This document shows, in pieces, positions 36,051 to 45,094 of a stretch of 64,000 bases of DNA. The translations under genes and the position numbers were made by a program. The notes beneath the pieces are model-generated. The model saw nothing but the letters and a program-made list of their open reading frames with translations, was not told where the DNA came from and did no database searches. Location of the stretch: NCBI GenBank assembly GCA_036676495.1, contig JAKFCT010000080.1, forward strand, positions 64,001 through 128,000, written 5' to 3'. The number at the start of each line of letters is the position of its first letter. Position 1 is the stretch's first letter. The DNA comes from Candidatus Sericytochromatia bacterium. GTDB lineage: Bacteria; Cyanobacteriota; Sericytochromatia; S15B-MN24; UBA4093.

Positions 36051-36755
36051 ATGAGCGACTTGCGTTGGAATCTCACGCCCGCGGAGGCAATCGCCATGCA
36101 GCGCGAGCTCGCGGGGCGCGTGCGCTGCGAGGACGATTTCCCACCCCCGCGAACGGTCGCCGGAGTGGACGTCTCGACCTCGCGCGGCTCCGAGGACGGC
36201 TTCGCGGCCATCGTCGTGCTGAGCTGGCCCGAGCTCGCCATCGTCGACAAGGCCCACGCCCGCATGCGCCTTCCCATGCCCTATGTCCCAGGCCTCCTGT
36301 CCTTCCGGGAGGTTCCTTTGGCCCTCGCCGCCTACGCGCGCCTCACGGTCGCGCCCGACCTGATCATGGTCGACGGACACGGTCGGGCTCACCCCCGCCG
36401 GGTCGGAGTTGCCTGCCACCTCGGCATTCTGCTGGACAAACCCACGCTCGGCTGCGCCAAGTCCATCCTGGTGGGCACGCACGCCGACCTGGGACCCGAA
36501 CGCGGAAACACGGCGCCCCTGCTCCACCGCTCCGAGGTGGTCGGGTACGCCGTGCGAACCAAAACCAAGGTCAATCCCGTTTTCGTCTCATGCGGGCACC
36601 GCCTCTCCCCGGAAACCGCCGTGCGCTGGGTCCTCGACTGTGCCCGCGGCTACCGCCTCCCCGAGCCGACCCGCCAGGCCCACCTCGCCTCCAACGCCTT
36701 TCGACTCAGCGAGGGGGAGTCGGAACCGGATTCCGGCCTGCCACCGACTCGATGA
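36051..36755 (+). CDS. nfi: Endonuclease V (deoxyinosine 3' endonuclease)
   Basis: VAGVDVS, PYVPGLLSFRE, MVDGHGRAHPRR, GCAKS, PVFVSCGH, RLPEPTRQAH. Confidence 0.95.
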   Translation: MSDLRWNLTPAEAIAMQRELAGRVRCEDDFPPPRTVAGVDVSTSRGSEDGFAAIVVLSWPELAIVDKAHARMRLPMPYVPGLLSFREVPLALAAYARLTVAPDLIMVDGHGRAHPRRVGVACHLGILLDKPTLGCAKSILVGTHADLGPERGNTAPLLHRSEVVGYAVRTKTKVNPVFVSCGHRLSPETAVRWVLDCARGYRLPEPTRQAHLASNAFRLSEGESEPDSGLPPTR

Positions 36756-37824
36756 GCAGCTTCATGCGGGCCAGGTCGTCATCCATCTCATGCTTGGGAT
36801 CCGCACCGAAGGCCGTCGCCACCGCATGGCCGACCATGCCCGCCGGCGGGTGGTAGCGCATCTGAACATGCAGGCGCGTGCTCCCGTCCGGGTTCTCCTG
36901 CAGGTGAAGCGTGCCCGTGTGAGCCACGGCCGAGCCCGGTACGCTCCGCCAGCTGATCAGCGCGTTGGGGATCGTCTGGATCGTCTCGGCATCCCACTCC
37001 ACCGCCACGCCCGCCGGCCCGCTCACCACCCAGTGCGACCTCCCCTCCCCGAGGTTCCGCACCTCCCGGATATGCCGCATGAAGCGCGGGAAGTTCTCCG
37101 GCCGGCTCCAGAACGCGTAGACCTCCGCGATCGGCGCGTTCACCGTCAGGGTCTTCTGGACGCTGAAGCCCCGGCCCTCCATGCTCAGCAGCTCGCGGAT
37201 CTCGCGGTTGGCGATCGCCCGGATCACGAGCCCCGTGCCCCAGAGCGCGAGCCCCGTCCCGGCGATCCCGCGCCGGCCCAGCCCCAAGAGCAGTAGCCCG
37301 CCGCCTCCGAGGCCTACCACCAGCCGATAGGCCGGCGACCAGAAGCGTCGAGACGGCCCGAGGGACGTCCCCCCCGAGAGCATGGGCAGGTCCGCCTGCT
37401 CATGCCGATCCAGCCGATCCGTGATCGCCACGACCCCCGGCACCCTTCGGATGGCGTCGAGCGCCGCCCCCGCCTCCGCCGCGAGAATCGGGCCGCTCAG
37501 CGTCACCGCTCCCTCGCGCGCCGTCACCGCGACCGCATGCGCATGCGAGCAATGACGTCCCAGCTTCGCCCGGACCCGGGCCACCAGGATGTCGTCGTCC
37601 ACCGCCTCGCTGCGCAGCCGGCTCATGGTCGCCGCCACGCGCCCCGAGACCCGATTGCTCAGATCCCGGCCCGCGACGTCGAGCCCTTCCCGGCTCACGC
37701 GCGTCAGCCGGATCGCCTTGCCGCGCAAGAGCGCCCTCCGGCGCCTCCCGCGATCCGGATCTCCCAGGTAGGTCAAGCCCGCTCCGAAAGCCAACCCTCC
37801 GAGCATGGCCCATGCCTTGTTCAT
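36706..37824 (-). CDS. BON domain + SRPBCC (cyclase/dehydrase) protein
   Basis: Start MNKAW after GGAGGAG. DPDRGRRRRA; BON DDILVARVRAKLG..GAVTLSG; SRPBCC VYAFW..ENFPRFM..SHWVVSGPAG..DDLARMKLLIE. Confidence 0.85.
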   Translation of the reverse strand: MNKAWAMLGGLAFGAGLTYLGDPDRGRRRRALLRGKAIRLTRVSREGLDVAGRDLSNRVSGRVAATMSRLRSEAVDDDILVARVRAKLGRHCSHAHAVAVTAREGAVTLSGPILAAEAGAALDAIRRVPGVVAITDRLDRHEQADLPMLSGGTSLGPSRRFWSPAYRLVVGLGGGGLLLLGLGRRGIAGTGLALWGTGLVIRAIANREIRELLSMEGRGFSVQKTLTVNAPIAEVYAFWSRPENFPRFMRHIREVRNLGEGRSHWVVSGPAGVAVEWDAETIQTIPNALISWRSVPGSAVAHTGTLHLQENPDGSTRLHVQMRYHPPAGMVGHAVATAFGADPKHEMDDDLARMKLLIESVAGRNPVPTPPR

Positions 37825-38003
37825 GGTGACTCCTCCCCCCTCATCGGCCGGTCCATCTGAGCGCCGTCCTCCGCCGCTCACGCCTCCTCCCGCGGGGCGC
37901 CCGCTAACCAACGAGCGTTCTCAGGCTCCCTTCACATGTGTTAATAAAGTAGGCGTCGGCGCAAGGGCGGCTTGCCTCGGGCGGGGAACGGGAGGAAGCA
38001 AGG

Positions 38004-40250
38004 ATGTTCAAGGATATCAACCGGTTCAAGATGTTCCCGGAAGCCTTGATCGCTTACCAGGGCCATGCCCTCTTGATCACCGGGGTCCACGGCCAGATCC
38101 TGCATGGCATCGAGGGCTTCTACCACCACCAGACCCGCTACCTCCAGCGCATGGACCTCGCCATCGACGGCCACCGCCCCGCCTTCGTCTCGGCGAACCC
38201 CGTCGACCCCTATTCCTTCATCTCCTATTACCTGGTTCCCACCCCGGCCGGAGCCCAGGCGGGGCCTCCGCCCGAGGGTGGAGGCGAGATCGTCGACAAG
38301 GGCATCGAGATCCAGATCAACGGCTTCGTCGGCAACGGCCTCCACCTGGACGTGCACCTCACCAACCATGCCTTGGCTCCCGCCGAGATCGACCTGCGCT
38401 GGGATTTCGGGGCGGATTTCGCGGATCTCACCGAAGCCATGGACGGCCGCCGCCTCCAGGAGGCCCCGGTCGCCCGCGAGTGGCGCGACGGGGGCAGCCC
38501 CCGCGAGCTGCGGATCCGCTACCTGCACTCCGATCTCCAGCACGAAGCCCTGCTGAGGTTTCCGGTGATCCAGGGCTCGCCGACCTGGGAAGATGAGAAG
38601 GTCCATTACCGCTTGCTTCTCGAGCCGCAGGTCCCCCTGCGCTTCTGCATGACCCTGCATCCGGTCTTCTGCGGAGAGCGTCATGATCCCATCTATGACT
38701 GCGACTCCTTCCGCTCGAAGGACACCGAATGGGATCGCGCCCGCCTGAGCTGGTTGGAGGAGGTGCCGCGCCTGCTCGTCCCGTCCTCCATGGTCCAGGA
38801 CGCCTGGGACCGGGCCGTCTCGGATCTCGGCTCGCTCCCGCTCCACGACGGCAAAGGCCCCGCCATCTACACTCCCGCTGCCGGCATTCCCATGTACCAG
38901 GCCCTCTTCGGGCGGGATACCCTCACCACCGTCTGGCAGGCGGGCCTCGTCAGCCGCCTCATGCTGCGCGGCACCCTGGAGACCATCGCCCACTGGCTCG
39001 GAACGAAAGTCGACGACCGCTATGACGAGCAGCCCGGCCGCGTCATCCACCAGCAGCAGTTCACCCCCCTCGCCCTCCTCGGCAAGACTCCTTTCCTTCA
39101 CTACTACGGCGACTACGCGGGTCCGGGCCTCTTCCTGATCGGCCTGGGCTGGGACTTCATGCTCACCGGCGATCGCGACTTCCAGCGCCGCATGAAGCCG
39201 TACGCCCTGCGCGTGCTCGACTGGATGGATCGCGACGGGGATCGCGACGGGGACGGCTTCTACGAGTACGACACCCGCGCCGGGGAATGGGGCACCAAGA
39301 ACCAGGGCTGGAAGGACTCCGGAGAAGCGATCCTCTACCCCGACGGAGCCTGCGTCCCCAACCCCATCGCTCCGGTCGAGATCCAGGGCTATTACTTCGT
39401 CGCCAAGCAACTCATCGGGCAGACCTTCCTCGCGCTCGGCGACGTCGCCCGCGGCCTCGACCTGCTGCGACAGGCCGAAGACCTCAAGAAACGCTTCAAC
39501 CAGGCCTTCTGGATGGAGGAGGGAGCCTTCGCGCTCGCCCTGGACCCCTCGAAGCGCCAGGTCGCCTCCATCGCCTCCAACATGGGCCACTGCCTCGCCT
39601 GCGGCATCGTCGACCAGGACAAGGCCGCCGCCGTCGCCGGCCGCCTGATGGCTCCGGACATGTTCTCCGGCTGGGGGATCCGCACCCTGTCCAGCTTGCA
39701 CCCCGCCTACAACCCCTTCGCCTACCACCTGGGCTCGGTCTGGCCCTCGGAGAATGGTTCGATTGCCTTTGGCTTCAAGCGATATGGCCTCAACGGGCTC
39801 GTCCATGACCTGGCCCGCGGCCTCTTCGAGGCGACCTTGATCTTCGACGAGAACCGGCTGCCCGAAGCGATCGGCGGAAATCCGCGCGATCGCCTCCATC
39901 CCCACCCCGGCATCTACCCGCAGTCCAACGCCCCCCAGGCCTGGTCGGCCAGCGCCGTTCCCTTGCTGATTCAGGCCTTCCTTGGAATCCGGGCCTACGC
40001 TCCGCTCAACGCCGTGCTGATCGACCCATGCCTTCCCGAGTGGCTACCCGAGCTGACGCTTTCGGACGTCTCCTTCGGATCCTCCCGCGTGAGCCTCCAC
40101 TTCCAGCGGGACGCCTCGGGCCAGACCGATTACCGGATCCTCGATTCCAAGGGCCATCCCCACGTGCTGCGCCAACCTCCCGCCAACCACCTCTCGGTGG
40201 GAGCTTACGACCGCCTGGGCGATCTGGTCGAATCCCTGCTTCCCCATTGA
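38004..40250 (+). CDS. Amylo-alpha-1,6-glucosidase / glycogen debranching family protein
   Basis: ALFGRD, DEQPGR, NQGWKDS, EIQGY, SGWGIRTL, YHLGSVWP, RLPE, PQAWS. Confidence 0.9.
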   Translation: MFKDINRFKMFPEALIAYQGHALLITGVHGQILHGIEGFYHHQTRYLQRMDLAIDGHRPAFVSANPVDPYSFISYYLVPTPAGAQAGPPPEGGGEIVDKGIEIQINGFVGNGLHLDVHLTNHALAPAEIDLRWDFGADFADLTEAMDGRRLQEAPVAREWRDGGSPRELRIRYLHSDLQHEALLRFPVIQGSPTWEDEKVHYRLLLEPQVPLRFCMTLHPVFCGERHDPIYDCDSFRSKDTEWDRARLSWLEEVPRLLVPSSMVQDAWDRAVSDLGSLPLHDGKGPAIYTPAAGIPMYQALFGRDTLTTVWQAGLVSRLMLRGTLETIAHWLGTKVDDRYDEQPGRVIHQQQFTPLALLGKTPFLHYYGDYAGPGLFLIGLGWDFMLTGDRDFQRRMKPYALRVLDWMDRDGDRDGDGFYEYDTRAGEWGTKNQGWKDSGEAILYPDGACVPNPIAPVEIQGYYFVAKQLIGQTFLALGDVARGLDLLRQAEDLKKRFNQAFWMEEGAFALALDPSKRQVASIASNMGHCLACGIVDQDKAAAVAGRLMAPDMFSGWGIRTLSSLHPAYNPFAYHLGSVWPSENGSIAFGFKRYGLNGLVHDLARGLFEATLIFDENRLPEAIGGNPRDRLHPHPGIYPQSNAPQAWSASAVPLLIQAFLGIRAYAPLNAVLIDPCLPEWLPELTLSDVSFGSSRVSLHFQRDASGQTDYRILDSKGHPHVLRQPPANHLSVGAYDRLGDLVESLLPH

Positions 40251-40308
40251 GCCCCCGTCACGGGAGCCCGCATCACGGGAGCCCGCATCACGGGAGCCCC
40301 CGTCGCGG
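40249..40308 (+). repeat. 15-bp tandem repeat x 4 (GAGCCCgcaTCACGG) starting at the GDE stop codon
   Basis: Units at 40249, 40264, 40279 and 40294. Confidence 0.9.
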
Positions 40309-40333
40309 AGAGCTTGCACGAAAGGAGTCCGCC

Positions 40334-41326
40334 ATGCCGCGTCCCCTCCAGGATCAGATCGTGGTGATCACGGGAGCGTCCAGCGGTATCGGCCGAGAGT
40401 CGGCCCTGCACTTCGCCCGCCAGGGGGCCCGGCTCGTGCTGGCCGCCCGCGGCTCTGCGGGCCTCGAGAGCCTCGCCGCCGAGATCCGGCGCGAAGGCGC
40501 GCGCGCGATCGCCGTTCCCACGGACGTCACCGATCCCCAGGCCGTTCAGCATCTGGCGGATCAGGCCATCGAGCAGTTCGGGCGAATCGACACCTGGGTG
40601 AACAACGCCGGCGTCGCCCTCTACTCCCGCTTCGAGGAGGCCCCCCTCGACGCGATGCACCAGATCATGAACGTGCACTACTGGGGGACCGTCCACGGCT
40701 TCCAGGCGGCCCTCCCGCGCATGACGGCGTCCGGGGGCGGCACGATCATCTGCGTCGGCTCCGCGCTTTCCGATGCGGCCGTTCCCCTCCAGAGCGCCTA
40801 CGTGGCCGCCAAGCATGCCGTCAAGGGTTTGGCCGCCTCGATTCGCCAGGAGCTGCTGGACGCCCAAATTCCGGTGCACGTCTCGCTCATCAAGCCGGCA
40901 TCCATTGACACGCCGCTCTTCGAGCACGCGCGGACCTATCTGGGCGTTCAGCCCAAGGGCATCCCGCCCCTTTACGATCCGGCGCTGGTGGCGCGCGCCA
41001 TCCTCCGTTGCGCCCTCAAACCCGAGCGCGAGCTGCTGGTCGGGGGAAGCGCCGAGCTCTTCTCGCGCCTCGAAACCCTGGCTCCCCGCCTCCTCGATTG
41101 GCAGCAGAGCCGCCAAGGCGTCTCGTCCCAGGAGACCGACATCCCCAAGTCCCCGGACGCTCCCTCCAACCTCTTCGAGCCTCTGGAGGAGCCCGCGCGC
41201 TCCCGGGCGACGGGCCGCGGCTGGAACGTCAGCGCCGTGACCTGGATCCGCGAGCATCCCCGGGCCAGCTTGGCCGGTGCGGCCCTCGCGACCCTCTCGA
41301 TCCTCGGAGTCCGCTCCCGGCGCTGA
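40334..41326 (+). CDS. SDR-family oxidoreductase
   Basis: AAGGAG RBS; ITGASSGIG, WVNNAG, YVAAK. Confidence 0.92.
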   Translation: MPRPLQDQIVVITGASSGIGRESALHFARQGARLVLAARGSAGLESLAAEIRREGARAIAVPTDVTDPQAVQHLADQAIEQFGRIDTWVNNAGVALYSRFEEAPLDAMHQIMNVHYWGTVHGFQAALPRMTASGGGTIICVGSALSDAAVPLQSAYVAAKHAVKGLAASIRQELLDAQIPVHVSLIKPASIDTPLFEHARTYLGVQPKGIPPLYDPALVARAILRCALKPERELLVGGSAELFSRLETLAPRLLDWQQSRQGVSSQETDIPKSPDAPSNLFEPLEEPARSRATGRGWNVSAVTWIREHPRASLAGAALATLSILGVRSRR

Positions 41327-41381
41327 TCGCCCAGCAGCTGACCGCCTAGCGGCTGACCGCCTAGCGGCTGACCGCCCGGAT
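41322..41381 (+). repeat. 15-bp tandem repeat x 4 (GCTGACCGCCTAGCG) starting at the SDR stop codon
   Basis: Units at 41322, 41337, 41352 and 41367. Confidence 0.9.
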
Positions 41382-41410
41382 GTCCCGGTGGATGATTGCC
41401 AGGAGGAAAG

Positions 41411-41411
41411 A
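41411..41411 (+). other. Preferred egtD start codon (ORF track begins at TTG 41396)
   Basis: AGGAGG at 41401-41406 precedes ATG 41411. Confidence 0.6.
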
Positions 41412-42466
41412 TGGCCGTTTCAGGAACGCCGGAGCCCGTGCTCCGTTCGGCGGTGCGAGACTTCCTCGCTTCCGACTCCCCCCGCGTCCGCGTGATCGAG
41501 GTCCCCGTGGGGGATCTGCGGGAGCGGATGCGCCAGGACGTCCTCGCGGGCCTCGACGACCCGGTCATGCCGTCGATTCCCCCGACGTACTTCTACGATG
41601 CCGAAGGCTCGACGCTCTACGAGCAGATCACCCGGTTGCCCGAGTACTATCCCACCCGCACCGAAGCACGCCTGCTCCGCCGGATCGTGCCCTGCCTGGC
41701 CGACATACTCGAGGTCAAGGAGCTGGTGGAGCTGGGGAGCGGTTCCTCGGCGAAGACCCGCGTGATCCTGGATGCCTTCCAGGCGAGCGATCGCCCCCTC
41801 ACCTACATCCCCATCGACATCAGCCGCACCATTCTCCGCCGAACCGCCAACACCCTCGCCCACGCCTATCCCGCCTTGCGGGTGCTGGGCCTGGCCGCCC
41901 CCTTCGAGGACGCCCTCTCCCTCCTCCCCCCGAAACCGGACCGCCTCCTCCTTTTCCTCGGAGGAACCCTCGGCAACTTCTCGGCGACGGCGCAAGACGC
42001 CTTTTTCACCGCGCTGAGCGGGGCCATGGTCCCCGGAAACCACCTGCTCCTGGGCTTCGACCGTCGGGCGCATGCGGGAAAACCCGTGAGCGTGATTGAA
42101 GCGGCTTATAACGATCGCCAAGGGGTCACCGCCCGCTTCAACGTGAACCTCCTGACGCGCCTGAACCGCGAGCTGGGAGCCGATTTTCGCGTGGAACGCT
42201 GGCGGCATCGGGCCCTCTACAACGTCTCGGAGCACCAGATCGAGATGTGGCTGGACAGCCAGGCCGATCAGACCGTCCACCTCGCCGGCCGGACCTATCG
42301 CTTCAGGGCCGGTGAGGGCATCCTCACCGAGATCTCCCGGAAGTTCGATCCCGAGGAGCTGGCCGCCTCGCTCGCGGGGCAGGGCCTCGTGATGCGGGCT
42401 TGCTGGATGGATGCGCGGGAAAGCTACGGGCTCTTGCTTTTGCGCCGGGAGGGCGCGGCGGCATGA
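41411..42466 (+). CDS. egtD: L-histidine N-alpha-methyltransferase EgtD
   Basis: YFYDAEGS, ITRLPEYYPTRTE, VELGSGSSAKT, FLGGTLGNF, AAYND, TEISRKF. Confidence 0.93.
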   Translation: MAVSGTPEPVLRSAVRDFLASDSPRVRVIEVPVGDLRERMRQDVLAGLDDPVMPSIPPTYFYDAEGSTLYEQITRLPEYYPTRTEARLLRRIVPCLADILEVKELVELGSGSSAKTRVILDAFQASDRPLTYIPIDISRTILRRTANTLAHAYPALRVLGLAAPFEDALSLLPPKPDRLLLFLGGTLGNFSATAQDAFFTALSGAMVPGNHLLLGFDRRAHAGKPVSVIEAAYNDRQGVTARFNVNLLTRLNRELGADFRVERWRHRALYNVSEHQIEMWLDSQADQTVHLAGRTYRFRAGEGILTEISRKFDPEELAASLAGQGLVMRACWMDARESYGLLLLRREGAAA

Positions 42467-42616
42467 ATCTCGCTTGACCCGCCGAGGATCGCGGGAAAAT
42501 ACGCTGGTTGCCATCCCGACTAGTCCCTTAAGGTAGGACCATGTCCGTACGCTTCCGAACGCGAATGATGTCCGGATGTGAAGGGGCCGTCGAGTGAACG
42601 TACAGGGAGCCACGCC

Positions 42617-45088
42617 ATGTCGCGACTGAAGATCCGTTACCTGCTCTTGCTCTTGTTTGGCATGATCACGGCCATCACCCTGGGTTCACTCCTCCAAGGG
42701 GTGCTCGTCACCACCCAGAGCTATCAGAAGGCCAGCTGGATCAAAGAGGCGAATGCCCTGGCGGATGCCGTTATCCGGGCGAACGCCTCGGAGGCCATCG
42801 AGCGCGGCGTGACCGCCACGGCGCTTTCCAACCCTGGCGCCATCACCTCCGAGACCCGGACGCGGATTGCCTCCTTGCGCGAAGCGGGCGATCGCCACTA
42901 CACCGAGGCGCTCCGTCTGGCCAAGCAGATCCAGGGTGATCGCGCGACGCATCCCTTGGCGCAGAGCCTCGAGGAGGTCGATCGCCAGCGGGCGGCCCTC
43001 GAACAAGCGCGCCAGGAAGCGGATCGCGTCCTGCAAACGGGCTCGGGCTCCTTGACGGCTCCGGTCTGGGTGGTCACCATGTCGACCTTCATCGACTCCC
43101 TGTCCCAGATGCGCCGGGACGCCTTCGTGGCCAACTCTCCGCTGGACGAGGCCTACCGCAACAATCTTCAGATCAAGGAGATCGTCTTCCAGGCGAGCGA
43201 GTACGCGGGCCGCGAGCGGGCGACCCTCGGCACCCTGGTGGCAGCCAAGAAGCCGATCGAGGGCCAGGTCGAGCTCACCCTGGGCGCTTACCGGGGGATC
43301 GTCGACCGGAACCTCGAGACCCTGATGGGCCTGACCCGTGACTTGCCTGCGGATTCTCCCACCCGTCAGGCGATCGAAGGCCTGAAGCGCGAGTTCCTGG
43401 GACATTTCCAGCAGGTCCGCACCTCGGTCTACGCCGCGGGCAGGGCCGGCGGCAACTACCCGATCGACGGCGCCACCTGGGTCTCGGAGGCCACCCGCGG
43501 CATCGACTCCATCCTGGCGATCGCCGACGCGGTCAGCGTCGAGACCGTTCAAACCGTGGAAACGGCCGAGCGCGAGGGCATCCGGGACATCGTGCTGGTC
43601 TTGCTCGGCGCCCTCGTCAGCGTCGCGATCGTGGGCTTCGCCGCCTTGACCATCCACCGGCGCGTCCTCGTGCCTCTCATGCGCCTGACCAAGGCGTCCC
43701 ACGTGATCGCGGAAGGCATCCTGGATCGGGAGATCGTCAGCGAGGTGGACGACGAGCTCGGCGAGCTGGCGCATTCCTTCGAGCAGATGCGCCGCTACCT
43801 CAAGGACGTGGCGGACGTGGCCGAGGCCATGAGCCGCGGGGATCTCTCACGAAACATCGTTCCTCAGAGCGACCGCGACCAGTTTGGCGTGGCGATCGCC
43901 GAGATGGCCCGAAAGCTGCGTGAGGTCATCGCCCAGGTGCGCCAGTCGGCCCAGACGCTGGCGGCGGCGGCACAGCAGGCCGATTCGGCCACCCAGTCCA
44001 CTTCGTCGAGCATCTCGGAGATGGCGGCGTCGATTGCCCAGGTCTCGGGCAATTCGCTGGCGCTGGCGGCCTCGGTGGATGAGACGTCGTCGAGCATCGA
44101 GGAGATGACGTCGAGCATTCAGCAGGTGGCCGGGAACGTCGGGGTGCTCTCCGATGCCGTGAGTCAGACCTCGGCTAGCATCGAGCAGATGGCCGCGTCG
44201 GTCCAGCAGGTGGCGCTCAACGTCACGGAGGCGAGCCGCGTTGCCGAGCAGGCGACACGGGTGGCCCAGGGCGGCCAGCAGGCGGTTGCACAGACGGTCG
44301 AGGGCATGGGGCAGATCACCGAGGCCATGACCGGCGTGGTTCAGGTCATGGCGAGCCTCGGCAAGTCCTCGGAGGAAATCGGGGAAATCATCGCGGTGAT
44401 CGACGACATCGCCGAACAGACCAACCTCTTGGCCCTGAACGCCGCCATCGAGGCGGCGCGGGCCGGAGAGCACGGCCGCGGCTTCGCGGTGGTCGCCGAC
44501 GAGGTCCGCAAGTTGGCCGAGCGCTCCGCCAAGGCCACCGGAGAGATCGCGACGCTCATCAAGGGAATCCAGAAGGAGACCGAGCAGGCGACCACTCGAA
44601 CCCACCAGGGGGAGGTTGCCATTCGGGAGGGCTCGGCTCTCGCCGGGAGCGCCGGAGAGGCCCTTCAGGAGATCGTCCGCGCCGTGGGCGAGGTCACCGT
44701 GCTCATGGCGCAGATCGCCCAGGCGACGAGCGAGCAGAGTGGGGTTGCCCAGCAGATCACAGGGGCGGTGGCGTCGATGAATCAGCTCACGCAGCAGGTG
44801 ACGCTGGCGACGCGCGAGCAAGCGCTGGGTTCGGCTCAGATCATGACGGCGGTCGCCTCGATGAACGGGATGACCCAGCAGGTTTCGACCGCCACCTCCG
44901 AGCAAAAGAAGGGCGCCGAGGTCGTCGTCGTCTCTGTCGACCAGCTGGGCCAGATGTCGCGAGATCTGAAGGCGCAAGCGCAGGGGCTGATCGAGGTGAT
45001 GAGCTTCTTCCAGGAGCAGGGAGCACGCGAAGGGCTTGCCGCTCCGGTGGCGGAGGCGTCCCGCGCGTTGATCGGCGCGGCGCGCTAG
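42617..45088 (+). CDS. Methyl-accepting chemotaxis protein with NIT-like sensor and HAMP domains
   Basis: Two TM segments; periplasmic ERG...SEYAGRERA; HAMP DELGELA; [38 protein letters not shown]. Confidence 0.93.
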   Translation: MSRLKIRYLLLLLFGMITAITLGSLLQGVLVTTQSYQKASWIKEANALADAVIRANASEAIERGVTATALSNPGAITSETRTRIASLREAGDRHYTEALRLAKQIQGDRATHPLAQSLEEVDRQRAALEQARQEADRVLQTGSGSLTAPVWVVTMSTFIDSLSQMRRDAFVANSPLDEAYRNNLQIKEIVFQASEYAGRERATLGTLVAAKKPIEGQVELTLGAYRGIVDRNLETLMGLTRDLPADSPTRQAIEGLKREFLGHFQQVRTSVYAAGRAGGNYPIDGATWVSEATRGIDSILAIADAVSVETVQTVETAEREGIRDIVLVLLGALVSVAIVGFAALTIHRRVLVPLMRLTKASHVIAEGILDREIVSEVDDELGELAHSFEQMRRYLKDVADVAEAMSRGDLSRNIVPQSDRDQFGVAIAEMARKLREVIAQVRQSAQTLAAAAQQADSATQSTSSSISEMAASIAQVSGNSLALAASVDETSSSIEEMTSSIQQVAGNVGVLSDAVSQTSASIEQMAASVQQVALNVTEASRVAEQATRVAQGGQQAVAQTVEGMGQITEAMTGVVQVMASLGKSSEEIGEIIAVIDDIAEQTNLLALNAAIEAARAGEHGRGFAVVADEVRKLAERSAKATGEIATLIKGIQKETEQATTRTHQGEVAIREGSALAGSAGEALQEIVRAVGEVTVLMAQIAQATSEQSGVAQQITGAVASMNQLTQQVTLATREQALGSAQIMTAVASMNGMTQQVSTATSEQKKGAEVVVVSVDQLGQMSRDLKAQAQGLIEVMSFFQEQGAREGLAAPVAEASRALIGAAR

Positions 45089-45094
45089 CGTCGG

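Noticed and set aside
36706-36755. 50-bp convergent overlap of the nfi and SRPBCC 3' ends
   Set aside because: Involves only low-information tails; common in GC-rich genomes.
40249-41381. 15-bp intergenic repeats as CRISPR, iterons or REP elements
   Set aside because: No spacers, no rep or transposase gene, and the units differ between loci.
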